Of a stretch of 64,000 bases of DNA, positions 13,827 through 25,968 are shown piece after piece (the stretch's first letter is position 1; each line of letters opens with the position of its first letter). The stretch is taken from assembly GCF_002113885.1 (NCBI RefSeq), contig NW_018406620.1, positions 354,310-418,309 of the forward strand, written 5' to 3'. Below the pieces are notes generated by a model. That model did no database searches. It saw only the letters and a list, made by a program, of their open reading frames with translations, and had not been told where the DNA came from. The position numbers were made by a program, and so were the translations under genes. Source of the DNA: Mizuhopecten yessoensis. Its lineage: Eukaryota.

Positions 13827-16800
13827 ATGGCTAATATCGCCAGAACCATTCTGTGTTGGATACTCCCACTGATGTTTATTATGGCAGGAGCCATGAAGCT
13901 TTATCCATTTTTTCCTGGAGTATACAAGGAAATGGTAAGATGTTCCTTCATCTTAAAGGGTCTTTTTCTCGCTGCTATGAGACTGGAGCCTGTTGCTGTA
14001 GAATTGGAGGGGGGGGGATATATATACGCGATGCCCCATACAGGGATCATACGGTTTATGGGTAGTTTCTCCTACAGAAGAAAATTTCCCTGTTCTTTTA
14101 AATTCCCTCTATGTGCTTCAAAATTCCTGTATTTCAACAAGAAAATAGTGATTTCTCTTCAAAATATTTCCCCTGTATATGTTTTCTTTAACGTTCAACA
14201 GTTAAAATGCATAATACTGCAATACAATGTATATATACATTTTCTTCACATAATTTGAATAAAAATTCTACAATTTTAAGCTAAAAATTGTTTATAAATT
14301 GAAACATACTGCACACATGTTTGTCGGACAAAATATTTATCTTTTACCTTCATTTATGACACTATAGCCTTGTATCAAAATTTTAATTTCCCTCAAACTT
14401 AAAGTCAAGTTCTGCTGGGCCGATTGAACTGAAAGTTTGTAGGAATGATTGACTCATAGTCCTGACAAAGTGTTGTTATTTTTCGGGTCGATCAGAAATC
14501 CAATATGGCCGCCACGGCCGCCATTTTGAAAAACTATTTCAAACTTAAAGTCAAGTTCTGCTAGGCCGATTTAACTGAAACTTTGTAGGAATGATCGACT
14601 GTGGTCCTGACCAAGTGTTGTTATTTTTCGGGTCGATCAGAAATCCAATATGGCCGCCACGGCCGCCATTTTGAAAACCTATTTCAAACTTAAAGTCAAG
14701 TTCTGCTGGACCGATTGAACTGAAAGTTGGTAGGAATGATCGCCTCATAGTCCTGACAAAGTGTTGTTATTTTTCGGGTCGATCAGAAATCCAATATGGC
14801 CGCCACGGCCGCCATTTTGAAAAACTATTTCAAACTTAAAGTCAAGTTCTGCTAGGCCGATTTAACTGAAACTTTGTAGGAATGATCGACTGTGGTCCTG
14901 ACCAAGTGTTGTTATTTTTCGGGTCGATCAGAAATACAATTTGGCTGCCATGGCCACTATTTTGAAAATACCTATTTCAAACTTAAAAACAAGTTCTAAT
15001 AGGCCGATCTAACTGAAAATCTGTCTAGAAATGATCAGCTCATGGTCCTGACAAACTTAAGTTAACGTTATGCTTAACAATTTTTTACTCAAATTGGTAC
15101 ATATTTCAACAACAAACAAAATACTGTAGGACTGTTAAGGCCCATGGGTCTCCTGTTTAAACTTAAATGACTAGAAATACACTAACTGAATGTCACATAA
15201 ATCTGCTCTGGTAAGGCTTCTTTACCTTTTCACCACTGTATACCACAATGGACTTGTCCAGATCAATGCCTGGTAGAGTTTACTAAAGTTACATAGAGGT
15301 GAAAGGGTTAATTTGAACAACTTCAGGTTGATGAACATATTCTTTTATTTCCTTCAGTGGTTGTATTGATGTTTATTTTGAAAGTGTTTTTATAAATATG
15401 ATTTTTAGCTCACCTGGCCCGAAGGGCCAAGTGAGCTTATGCCATGGTGCAGCGTCCATCGTCCGTCTGGCATCCGGCATCAATATTTTACTTTAAACAA
15501 CTTCTTCTCAATAACCAAAAGGCCTATGATGATGATATTTGGCCAGAAGCAAACTTGGATGAAGGGCTACCAAGTTTGTTAAAATAAATGACCTTTACCT
15601 ATTTTCAAGGTCACAGGGGTCAGATATGTTAAAAACTTTAAACAACTTCTTCTGAATAACCAAAAGTCGAAGGATGATGATATTTTGTCAGTAGCATGCT
15701 GGGATGAAGGACTACCAAGTTTGTTCAAATGAACTCCAACTTCTTCTCAATAACCGAAAACCCTAGGATGATGCTATTTGGCCAGTTAAGCATGCTGTGA
15801 TGAAGGGCTTCCAAGTGTATTGAAATGAATGACCTTCATCCATTTTCAAGGTCACAGGGGTCAATTGTCTTAAAAAGTCTTTAAACAACTTCTTCTCAAT
15901 AACTAAGAGACCTAGGATAATGATATTTGGCCAGTAACATGCTAGGATGAAGGGCTACCAAGTTTGTTCAAATGAATGACTTTTATATATATTAAAGGTC
16001 ACAGGGGTCAAATATGTTAAAAACCTTTAAACAACGTCTTCTCAATAACCGAAAATCCTAGGATGATGCTATTTGGCCAGTAGCATGCTGTCATGAAGGG
16101 CTACCGAGTTTGTTCAAATGAATGACCTTGACCAACTTTGAAGGTCACAGAGGTCAAATGTTTTAAAATCTTCAAACCACTTCTTCTTAATAACCAAAAG
16201 GCCCAGGGTACTGATATTGGGCCTGTAGCATGCTGGGATGAATGACCTTGACCCACTATCAAGGTCACTGGGGTCTGATGTCTTAAAATCTTCAAACGAC
16301 TTCTTCTCAATAACCAAAAGGCCAAGGGTACTGATATTGGGCCTGTAGCATGCTGGGATGAAGGGCTACCAAGTTTGTTCAAATGAATGACCTTGACCCA
16401 CTTTCAACCTAATGTCCTTGTTCGACATTCAAGGACACAGGCTTCATGTTTAAATCCTTTAATAGGTTCTTCTGAATCAAACACTGATATTCTGCCTGTA
16501 GCTGTATTTTAGTCCACTTTTCAGATTACAAGTGTGAGATTAGTACCAGGTGAGCGATGTAGGCCCCTTGGGCCTCTTGTTATAATATACTAGAAATGTC
16601 ATTTAGATTAAAAAAAAATGTGTATTTTATGTTTCAGGTAAGCAAGTTCAAAATCTACAACAAAGCCTTTCCCACCGCTTGGGTGGGATACTCACCAGAC
16701 CCAGACTTGTACCGAATATTTGTCGGATCCATGGAATTATCAAGTGGCCTGGGAGTTCTACTGGGCCCCACAGGTCTAAGAAAGATGGGATGCTGCATCC

Positions 16801-16949
16801 TGACTGTGATCATGATAGGGGCAATCTTTACACATTTCTTCTTCCTGGAGTTTATCCCCAGCCTCGTTCCCATCGTGTACATGACCTGGACATTATATGT
16901 ACTTTGGGCCGACATGCAGAATGAGGCCAAATCAATCAAGACAGACTAG
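13827..16949 (+). CDS. TMEM35B: TMEM35B-like (TMEM35/NACHO, DoxX-like) membrane protein, gene 1, 139 aa; exons 13827-13934 and 16638-16949
   Basis: MANIARTILCWILPLMFIMAGAMKLYP..EM|VSKFKIYNKAFPTAWVGYSPDPDLYRIFVGSMELSSG..GP..IMIGAIFTH matches the family pattern G..KL / FP...GY.PDP..Y...G..E...G / M.GAI.TH. GT-AG phase-0 intron; AATAAA at 17439. Confidence 0.85.
14394..15157 (+). repeat. ~146-bp satellite array (alternating A/B units) ending in a HINE-like 3' hairpin
   Basis: CAAACTT recurs at 14394, 14540, 14685, 14831 and 14978. The 3' end is AAGGCCCATGGGTCTCCTGTTT. Confidence 0.88.
15402..16581 (+). mobile_element. HINE/Helentron-like element with ~146-bp internal repeats
   Basis: Same termini as the 12500 element; same internal repeat as 43428-44604. 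Confidence 0.82.
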
Positions 16950-18234
16950 GGACATTTTGTCTCAAGTTCATGACATTGCACCTCGCCTTTCAAAGTGCTA
17001 ATGTATTATATTGATGCCAAAAGAAAAAATATGTGTGTTTCCTTTAACAAGTTTGAAATACCGGTATAAGGGTATACATAGAAACTTAGGTAAAAAAGTT
17101 AATTTTAGAAATGTATACGGTTGATGTAGGAGAGTGACCGTGTCATTAACAGTGCTTATTTGAATGGTTTAAATAAGTTTAGGGCAAGCACAAAAAATTG
17201 GGTAGGTAAAACAAATGTTTTTTGTTTGGCCTTATTCAAGACAAATGTATGTCTGCAGTATTTTTGATAATTGATAAAGTAACTTTGCCTTTTTTAGATT
17301 TAATTCTGTTTCATTGCTTGAGTACTTTGTTAAAGCTGTAATATTTGTCCATACCGGTACATGTATATTGATATTTCAAATGTGTATACTTCTAACCATG
17401 ATCAGATTCACTACATTTTATTATGGGAGGTGGGTAAAAATAAAAACATACAACATTTGATATAGTGCCCTATCTAGCTTGAATGGAAGCCACTCGAAAG
17501 CTCTTTACAGTACATATATATACAATTTACACGATCAATACAATTAGCATACACATTAATCAATACAATTTTTGAGGAATTCGCAGGAGCTGCCTAATCA
17601 AGCGATAACTAGCTACTAGTCCTATGCCACCTGGCTAATATCTCCCTATGTGTGTATATGTCTGCATGTGTGCTGGAGATATTGTGTTCTGTTTGTAGTG
17701 GAACTGTGCTTCCAACGGCATCATTTATAGGTGTATGGTGTAGGGTAGGATGGGATGTGTGTATAGTAAGCTTAGGCCATGATTTTGTACATGTATCTCA
17801 TGTTGGTTTTATTCGATTGAATAATAGAGCAACATCATGAACATGTAACACTACCAACATATAAGTTTAAATCTCATTGATTATTGATCTATTGATACAT
17901 GTATATGTTNGGGGGGGGATAATGGAAACAAAATTGATTCAGTTAAAGACACCTGCTATGAGAATAGAGAGTTTTTGTGGAATATTTGAGAGAACAAATT
18001 TAGCAGTGAGAGAGTTTAAAATAACATTGCCATACTTTTTCATGTAAATTTCATCTTTTATAAAAAGGTCACATATTATTTTATTTTTGTAGAAATTATA
18101 TAATACTCATATATATGGATGATACAAGTAGATTAGTTTTATCCTTTTATGAATGCCACGTCATGGTAACAGTAAAATTGCCCAGCTTTGAAGTTGGTAT
18201 TGCTCCATAAATTTTGCAAAGATTTATGTTCAAA

Positions 18235-18395
18235 CGGTGGGATGGTGCAGTGGATAACACATTCGCCTTTCACCAAGGCGACCAGGGTTTGATTCCCGGA
18301 GCGGGCGTAAAAAAGTATGGGGTAACTTGCCCGACCAAGTGGGTTTTCTCCAGGTTCTCTGGCTTCCTCCTACATAAAGACCTGACGGCCAACAT
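18235..18395 (+). mobile_element. tRNA-derived SINE with V-domain-like core
   Basis: A box TGGTGCAGTGG, B box GGTTTGATTCCC, core GTGGGTTTTCTCCAGGTTCTCTGGCTTCCTCC. Related heads at 22965-23080 (+) and 55130-55226 (-). Confidence 0.65.
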
Positions 18396-19271
18396 GATTA
18401 TGATTTTAGGAAATGCTTATTTTGGTATAAGATTTTACATGACCAAGATGTACATGTTCTTAATCAATATTTTAGCTATGTTAACCAGGTTTCTACCCGA
18501 ACTACACATTCTTTTAACAGCAAAGATTTATTAAAAAGGCATACCTGCAGAAGCTTTTATAGATGTGAGTATTTTATGGACCAATTTAGAAAGCTTACTC
18601 CATATTTTTACCTAGTTGGTGTCTTTTACCTGCAGATAATGTTTTAGATGTGACAAATAGATTTATACTTTAACTTGTCATATGTTAATCTAAATATATA
18701 ACCCTGTCTAAATAAAAGATTTTATGATTATTTAACAAGAATGAGAAGTTGATATTGTTGTAAGGTAAATAAAGTGAAAGATTTTGTTTAATAACCATTG
18801 AACAAATTCCGGTTAGGCTGTTTAGCATTTGTAAAACAAAAACACATAAAGACTTTTGAGGCTTTTGACTACCATGACAAGTGTTTGGTACATCAAGTAG
18901 AAATGTGATAACAGTAAGATATTTTGAGACTGGGACAGGATCAGATCTACTAAACCTCATCTCATCTAACATTGATAGAATCATAAAAATTGTATATAAG
19001 TGTAAATGTTTTTTGTGGTTATTTTATTTTAATGTTAATTAGCCAATAATATTGCCTGCAAAGTTTTCATCACATATTGATTTGTGTTTTGATGAATTTA
19101 AAATGAACAGTATTCAATAGCGTGGGAATACTGTAAATATGTTATATACCGAGACATTTTTTGCGGAAATTCAATTTACGCCTTTTTCACCCTCAATGAG
19201 GGTGAACCACAACACAATATACAAAACAATTGATTGTGACGGGTGAAATTAACACTGGGCAAGTATGCAAA

Positions 19272-19476
19272 GGCGAAGGTTTCACTGTACAGTGTATACA
19301 GTATATAATGGCCGTTCCCATCTGTAACATTTGTAGGCGTAGGGCGAAGGTTTCACTGTACAGTGTATACAGTATAACGGCCGTTCCCATCTGTAATACT
19401 TGTAGGCGAAGGGCGAAGGTTTCACTATACAGTGTATACACTATCAGTATATATAATGGCCTTTCCCATCTGTAAC
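19272..19476. repeat. ~70-bp tandem repeat, 3 copies
   Basis: GGCGAAGGTTTCACTGTACAGTGTATACAG...CCCATCTGTAA recurs three times. Confidence 0.85.
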
Positions 19477-20493
19477 ATGAAGTATGATTCTATTGCCATG
19501 TTTATTAGCCTTGCTCAAGTCAAGATTTTAAATGTTATTTATTGAGTGAGTTCATTGTTGAAGTGTTTGAATGATTGTTGATGTTCATAAAAGTTTAATT
19601 TCCTTGTATCTGCAAAGGTACCTATACTGGTCAGAACTAGGTTTTATTGATTACTATGTCGACATATATTGAAGTCCTAGGGTAGAGCCAACACCGAAGT
19701 GAGTAATGGCGGAAAGATTAGTCCCAGTGTCCTTAGCTTGATACCAACATATAGTGTATACATATACAATCTATTTTATATACAACAATATATACAAGTG
19801 TATGTATATAGCAATCCATAAAAATTGAGAGCTGTACCTGTGTCCTGCATAATATTGCTCCCTATACTCTTGTTGAACGTTGTTTTTTTTTGAAAATTGG
19901 GATACAGACATTTCCCTACTCAGTGGTTTTTGGTACTGAGACGTTTCGGTACTTTCAAAATTTGTTATGATATTCAGATTTTCGGCACTTGTGGACTACA
20001 GTTTTAACTTCTTTTTGTTTTTCTCGGGGTCCTGTGTGTTGCTGAGTTATATTTTAAGATTCGTAAGTTTTTTTGGCTGTATAAAAAAGAGTATCAATAC
20101 ATTTTATTCTAAGCAATACAAACAATTACCAGGAACTGAAAAGTCTAGAATTCAAATAATCCATTGCACTTCCAGCAGAAGATACTGGTACAAGTGTTTA
20201 GATTCACACTGGATTTTCATGCAAAGCTGACCTAGTCAGTTTATTTAANGGTTCTTATGAAATCTTAAGATTACAAGTGTTAGATTAATAACAGGAGAGC
20301 GATGCAGGCCCATTGGGCCTCTTGTTTTATAATGTTCTGTGCAACAGACTACAGCAAATAATGTTAAATAATTATTGAGATTGATTTGTAAATGAAGGTT
20401 TTTTTTGGTGTGAAAGTGTGTTAATTCTTTTTTTTTAATAAAATATTTTACGAAATAATAAAATACGATTCCCGTTTAAGCTTGTGAATGTAT

Positions 20494-22227
20494 TTATTAG
20501 CTCACCTGGTCCAAAGGACCAAGGTGAGCTTATTCCATACCGTGGCATCCGTCCGTCATCTGTACGTCAACAATTTTTTCAAATGACTTCTTAACCACTG
20601 ATTGGAATTTAAGTAAATTTGACTGGAAGCATCCCTAGGTGGTGGGGATTCAAAATTATACAAATGGTAGGGTTAACACCCCAGGGGGCTGAGGGGCGGG
20701 GCCAAAAGGGGGCAATTTTGCTATAAACGACTTCTTCTGTATAACTGCAATGGATATCAATCATATTTGGTCAGAAGCATTCATGGGAGGCGGGGATTCA
20801 AAATTGTGCAAATGGTGGGGCTGACCCCCAAGGGGGCTGAGGGGCGGGGCCAATAAGGGTTATTTGGCTATATTGCTTTAAGCAACTTCTTCTCTACAAC
20901 TAACAGATAGACATTAACCATATTTGACTGGAAGCATCCCTAGGTAGTGGGAATTCAAAATTGTACAAATGATGAGGCTGACCCCCAAGGGGTCTGAGGG
21001 GCGGGGCCAAAAGGGGTCAATTTGGCTATATTGCTTTAAACGACTTCTCCTCTGGAACTAAAAGATGGATATCAACCATATTTAACTGGAAGCATCCCTA
21101 GGTAGTGGGGATTCAAAATTGTACAAATGGTGGGGCTGACCCCTGAGGGGCGGGGCCAAAAAGGGTTATTTAGCTATATTGCTTTAAGCAACTTCTTCTC
21201 TACAACTGAAGGATGGATATCAACCATATTTGACTGGAAGCATCCCTAGGTAGTGGGGATTTAAAATTGAACAAATGGTGGGGCTGACCCCCCAGGGGGC
21301 GGAGGGGTGTCGCCAAAAGGGGGCAATTTGGCTATATTGCTATACATTACTTCTTTTATAGAACTATGCACTGGATATCAATCATATTTGGTTGGAAGCA
21401 TTCATGGGAGGCAGAGATTCAAATTGTACAAGTAGTGAGGCTGACCCCCTTGGCTAAAGGGAGGGGCCAAAAATAGTTTATTGCTTGGAAATGGTTGAGA
21501 TCCCCACCCTATAACCATACATGTATATATATACAATTGCTGAGTATGAAGAGAAGAATGCACATATGTTTCCAGGATTGCCCAGGGGTCTGGTCCCACC
21601 ATTGGAGACATACATGTAGTCCCTGGGTCATAACTTTGAAACGGTTGAGATCCTCTCCCCAAAACTGTATATACAAATGCTGGGCATAAAGAGACAAATG
21701 CAGTCAAGATATATGAATTGACCCCAGGGTCTGCTCGACCCTTGGAGACTTAACCCCTAGGTCATAACTTTGAAACGGTTAAGATCTCCACCCAAAACTA
21801 TATATACAATTGTTGGGCATAAAGACACGAATGCAGTCATGATATTAGAATTGACCCTGAGGTGTGGCCCACCCTCGCAGTCTTAAGCCCTGGGTCATAA
21901 CTTTGAAACAGTTGAGATCCCCACCTCAAAATTGTATATACAAATGCTGGGCATAAATAGACAAATGCAGTCATGATGCATGATCATGGGGTCTGGCCAC
22001 AACCCTAGGGACATTGTTTCTGAATCACACCTTGGGAACAGTTGAGATCCCCACCCCATAACCATACATAAAATTGCTGGGCATGAAAAATCTAATACAG
22101 ATATGATACAAGGATTGGCCTTGGGGTCTGGCCCATTACCTTGGATCTTACATGTATTTGGAGAATATTTTGCCATGATTACTCTTGATATCCAGGTGAG
22201 CCATATAGACCCTCTGGGCCTCTTGTT
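20494..22227 (+). mobile_element. HINE/Helentron-like element with two internal satellite blocks (~155 bp and ~133 bp)
   Basis: TTAGCTCACCTGGTCC..GGACCAAGGTGAGCTT start and CAGGTGAGCC..GGGCCTCTTGTT end, with tandem units in between. Confidence 0.8.
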
Positions 22228-22417
22228 AACGATCCCTGTACCTCTAATAAAAACTGTGCATTCAGGGAAACTCTTTATTCAGACATGACTATAGCTTTAA
22301 TAAATCATTTCTGAAAAGTAAATCATACCATACGCGACTTTTTATGAAGAAGAAAAAATAAAGAAAAAGAAACCCAAGAAGGTAGGAAATTCACCAGATC
22401 TGAAAGAAAACAGTCAA

Positions 22418-22639
22418 GAGTCCCAGATAAATAAATCGGCAATCACAGACCATGTCACACAGAAAAACCATGTGATTGACTGGGATAACGCCAAAGTTTT
22501 GGATAGAGAGAGCAATCTGTTCAAGCGGCAGATAAAGAAAGCCATCTGGATACCCCGCAGTGGACCAGCTCTAAATCGAGACGAGGGGGCTCAAAGACTC
22601 TCGCACATCTATGACCAAGTGTTAACAAAGCGTAGCTGA
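22418..22639 (+). mobile_element. Penelope-like retroelement, C-terminus of the GIY-YIG endonuclease
   Basis: Reads ESQINKSAITDHVTQKNHVIDWDNAKVLDRESNLFKRQIKKAIWIPRSGPALNRDEGAQRLSHIYDQVLTKRS*, with the typical SAI.EH..H.IDW..R.IKEAI..LNRDEG pattern. Not in the supplied ORF track. Confidence 0.85.
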
Positions 22640-22711
22640 ATTGAGTCATTTCGATACATTTATAACAACTATTGTACATTTTACACCTTTGTGTGCTTAC
22701 GCTTCATTGGT

Positions 22712-22777
22712 CATTTGTCTGATGCAGGTGACAGTGCACATATCGTACTAGTCATCGAAACGTCACATAGAAAAATG
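22712..22777 (+). ncRNA. Type-I minimal hammerhead-ribozyme-like motif, Penelope-associated, probably degenerate
   Basis: CTGATG(C)A, stem II GGTGAC-AGTGC/GTACT-GTCATC, GAAAC-GTC, with stem I arms CATTT-GT and ACA..AAATG, about 75 nt after the Penelope stop. The core has C in place of conserved A9. Confidence 0.55.
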
Positions 22778-24349
22778 TATTGGTTGTGTAAAAAGAACTT
22801 CTCATAATCCATACCAACCTGAAGGAAATGTTTAGAAATATCAATTAAGGGATACGTATCCTTAAAGTAATCATGTAAATTTAAATTCGTTATATGCATC
22901 TGTTCATGAATAGAGATAATACCACATGGCCATTTGTCAGTAACATTTGGTGATTGGTTTCATTTGAACGGTGGTCTGGTAGCACAGTTGCCTTTCATCA
23001 AAACGGCCGGCGTTTGAATCCCTGATCGGACATGAAAGGTATAGGGTCACCTGCCCAACCAAATGGGTTTTTCTCCAGGTATTATGTAATACATGTTGGC
23101 ATACCTGTTTGTAAAAAGTACGTAAATGATTGAACGACACTCAATGGGAATATGTAATACATGTAAGTTTGCATACACAATTTTGTAATACCAACGGGCA
23201 TAGATACAGCATTCCGTGGTAATTATGCTTATAATTCTATTTTCACTATGAATGTTTGTATAAATGTATCACATACATGTGATTTTTTGTTCCACACATA
23301 GTGTGTCTGAATGTAAATAAAATATTAAAATCTTGGATTCCTCCCATATAAAGATAATCTTGCGGCCGGCTTCCATCAGGGCAATCTAATTAAAATTATA
23401 TCTTCACATCGCTCCCGTTTACTGATACAGTCGAACCTCGTTATCTCGAAATCGACGGGATCGTTGGGAAACTTCGAGTTATCCGAGTATTCGAATTGAC
23501 CGAGTTCATGTGTTTGGCATAAAGCTTGGTAAAGTGTTTGGTCCAATATGAGGCTATATATGTCATTGAATTCTCTGACAATCAACGTATGTAAACAGTC
23601 GATAAATGACAAAAAGATAACTATATAAAATAAAAAATAACAACATATTCATAATCATATTCATTAATTCATTAATGTTACAATGTATGTCGAGAAGATA
23701 CTATTTCTCGTTAACTGAAAGGGCCGATCGATGGGCCCAATTGATCTTCGGATTAAATAATTTTGGGCTATACAAATGAGGGAACAGTTACCAAAAAAGA
23801 ATATTTGACAAGTTTTGACGGAGCAAAAAGCTTTGTGACGTATGACTATGAGTGTTACACATATAATAAAATGTTCAACCCCTGGGAGTTTTGACCCTGT
23901 CTCGTGAAATCAAGCGAATTCCGAGAAAGTTCGTTTGAATATGATATCCAGGCTTGAGCATGAAAACGGTTTCACCACGGACTAATCTTATTCCGTGGTT
24001 TCATGAATCTGCATAGCATAAACATACATGTAGCATCCACATAGGGGAGGGGATCGCCTCGTTATGTTCGTCAATGCTATTTAAGTACTTGCTGGGATTT
24101 TATTTAGTAATTCCGATATCACGGTGACGTGATGGACCTTACATTAGCTAAGATGCAAATAGTCGATTTTATTTTTGAAATTTTATATGGGGAAAGGGAG
24201 GGNNGGGGGGGGGTCATGGAAAGGAATGATTTTTGATTCATGTGCATTTTCGAGTAGTTTAAATTGAAACTAACGCATTGCGAATTATGACACGGCATTA
24301 ACTTGAACATGGGATGCCATTAATTATTCAAAAGAGATAATATGTACTA

Positions 24350-24583
24350 TAGACCACAGGGACCTGTAGAATTTATTACAGTACTATTTGGACCTAAACT
24401 GAGGTGTTTAGGAGTCATTTTACACGTTTTAGCACGGAATTAGATTGCTATCTATATAGTCCGTCGTGGTTTTAAACCCCTAAAGAGTGTATGATCTGAA
24501 CTCATAAAACGTGTACAATTACCCTGAACATCTCATTTTAGGTCCAAATATAGCTGTAACAAAATAGCATGTCCCTGTGGTCT
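24350..24583. mobile_element. MITE with long TIRs (TAGACCACAGGGAC...GTCCCTGTGGTCTA)
   Basis: Inverted terminal arms. A related larger copy lies at about 36197-36765. Confidence 0.75.
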
Positions 24584-25852
24584 AGATGTATATTTTCAGT
24601 TTCTTTACTGTCCTTTCAAAAACTTTGAAGATAATGAAAATAGTGGGGGTATCAAATGAGGAAGAAAAAATAACCATCCAGCTCACAATTGCCCATGAGA
24701 AGAGGAAGTTCAGAATGCCATACACATTCATAGTTGACCGCCCCTCCAGGCCAGCAGTGGTCAACACCCACCCAAACACATAGTCACAGTGCTACATATA
24801 GTGCGCTATTATATACGTTGAACTGGTCAGTTTGATTTGATGGATGTCATTCGCCTCTGGTCATCGCGGCGTACCCGTGTGTCCTATAGACTGGTCAAAA
24901 TCTTCCGGCTCCAGTCGTGTGCGATATATATTTCTACAGACTTACCTGGACGTGTACAAACAATCGGACAAGAATCGCCAAAGAGGTAAGGTTGTATTGT
25001 TACTCCACGCCAAGCTATACCAACTCTATGCAATTCACTTTGTACTGGTACTGCACTTAGAATACAAACAGGTGTATAGTCATTGTAATACTGTGTAAAA
25101 TGTATAGCAGGATCAGATAGATATGATATCCGCATCACCCCGACACCATTCTACTTCAGTGCAATGTTCACTAGCCTAATTTTATCACGACAAATTAAGT
25201 ATTTTTTAAAAATTAAAACCTTTCCAAGATATGTCTATAAATATGAGTATTTTGGTTATTTTGCTATAACATGATAATTTGAAATTAAAATAACTTGGCA
25301 TTTTGTTTATAATTTAAACCTTCCGGTGGGGCTACTTTTGACTACTTTCTACCGTTGCGCCATACGCATTTTTGTCGTTGGGTTGTTCAAAATAGAGTAA
25401 AACAAACAGTGAGTATATCGTTGAAAACATTTAAGTTTGGCCTTGTCTTTCATTCAACGTATGAAGATCTAAACATACATATGTTACATTACACCTAAAA
25501 TCAAATTATAAATAAAATCAATGCTTTAAAGCATGTCTTTAAAATAAGATATGGATTTATGCGTTTGTTTTCGTTTGGTGGCGATCATTTTGAATCTGAT
25601 ATCCTTCAAAGGCATTTAATACACGTCCTAGTTCTAATTATACCTGTTACTTTTTTTTTTTAATTTTATAAAATATAGTCTGGTTTGATAACTATCATTA
25701 TGTGCTACCTGTGCGAATTTTAAAGACTACAATTGTAACCTTTAACGGAGGTTATTACACAGATTTATTAACACGGATGCCGTATATTAACCGAGGAAGA
25801 AGTGCGTATTTAGAACAGGTACTACATGTATGTACACACCAGATACGTGGAT

Positions 25853-25968
25853 GTCACGTGACGTTATTACAAAAGTGGAATATGCTCGTTGAACTAAATG
25901 ACGATTCTTTTCTTCAAGGTCAATTAAAGTTCATCAAGGTCAACCAAAGTTCGTCAAGGTCAACCAAC
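25853..25968 (+). promoter_or_regulatory. GTCACGTGAC E-box and three TCAAGGTCA nuclear-receptor sites before the TMEM35-like gene 2 ATG
   Basis: GTCACGTGAC at 25853-25862; TCAAGGTCA at 25914, 25934 and 25954. Confidence 0.5.

Noticed and set aside
13713-14258. 181-aa single-exon ORF
   Set aside because: Only 13827-13934 is family-like; the rest is UTR and intron read-through beyond the GTAAGA donor.
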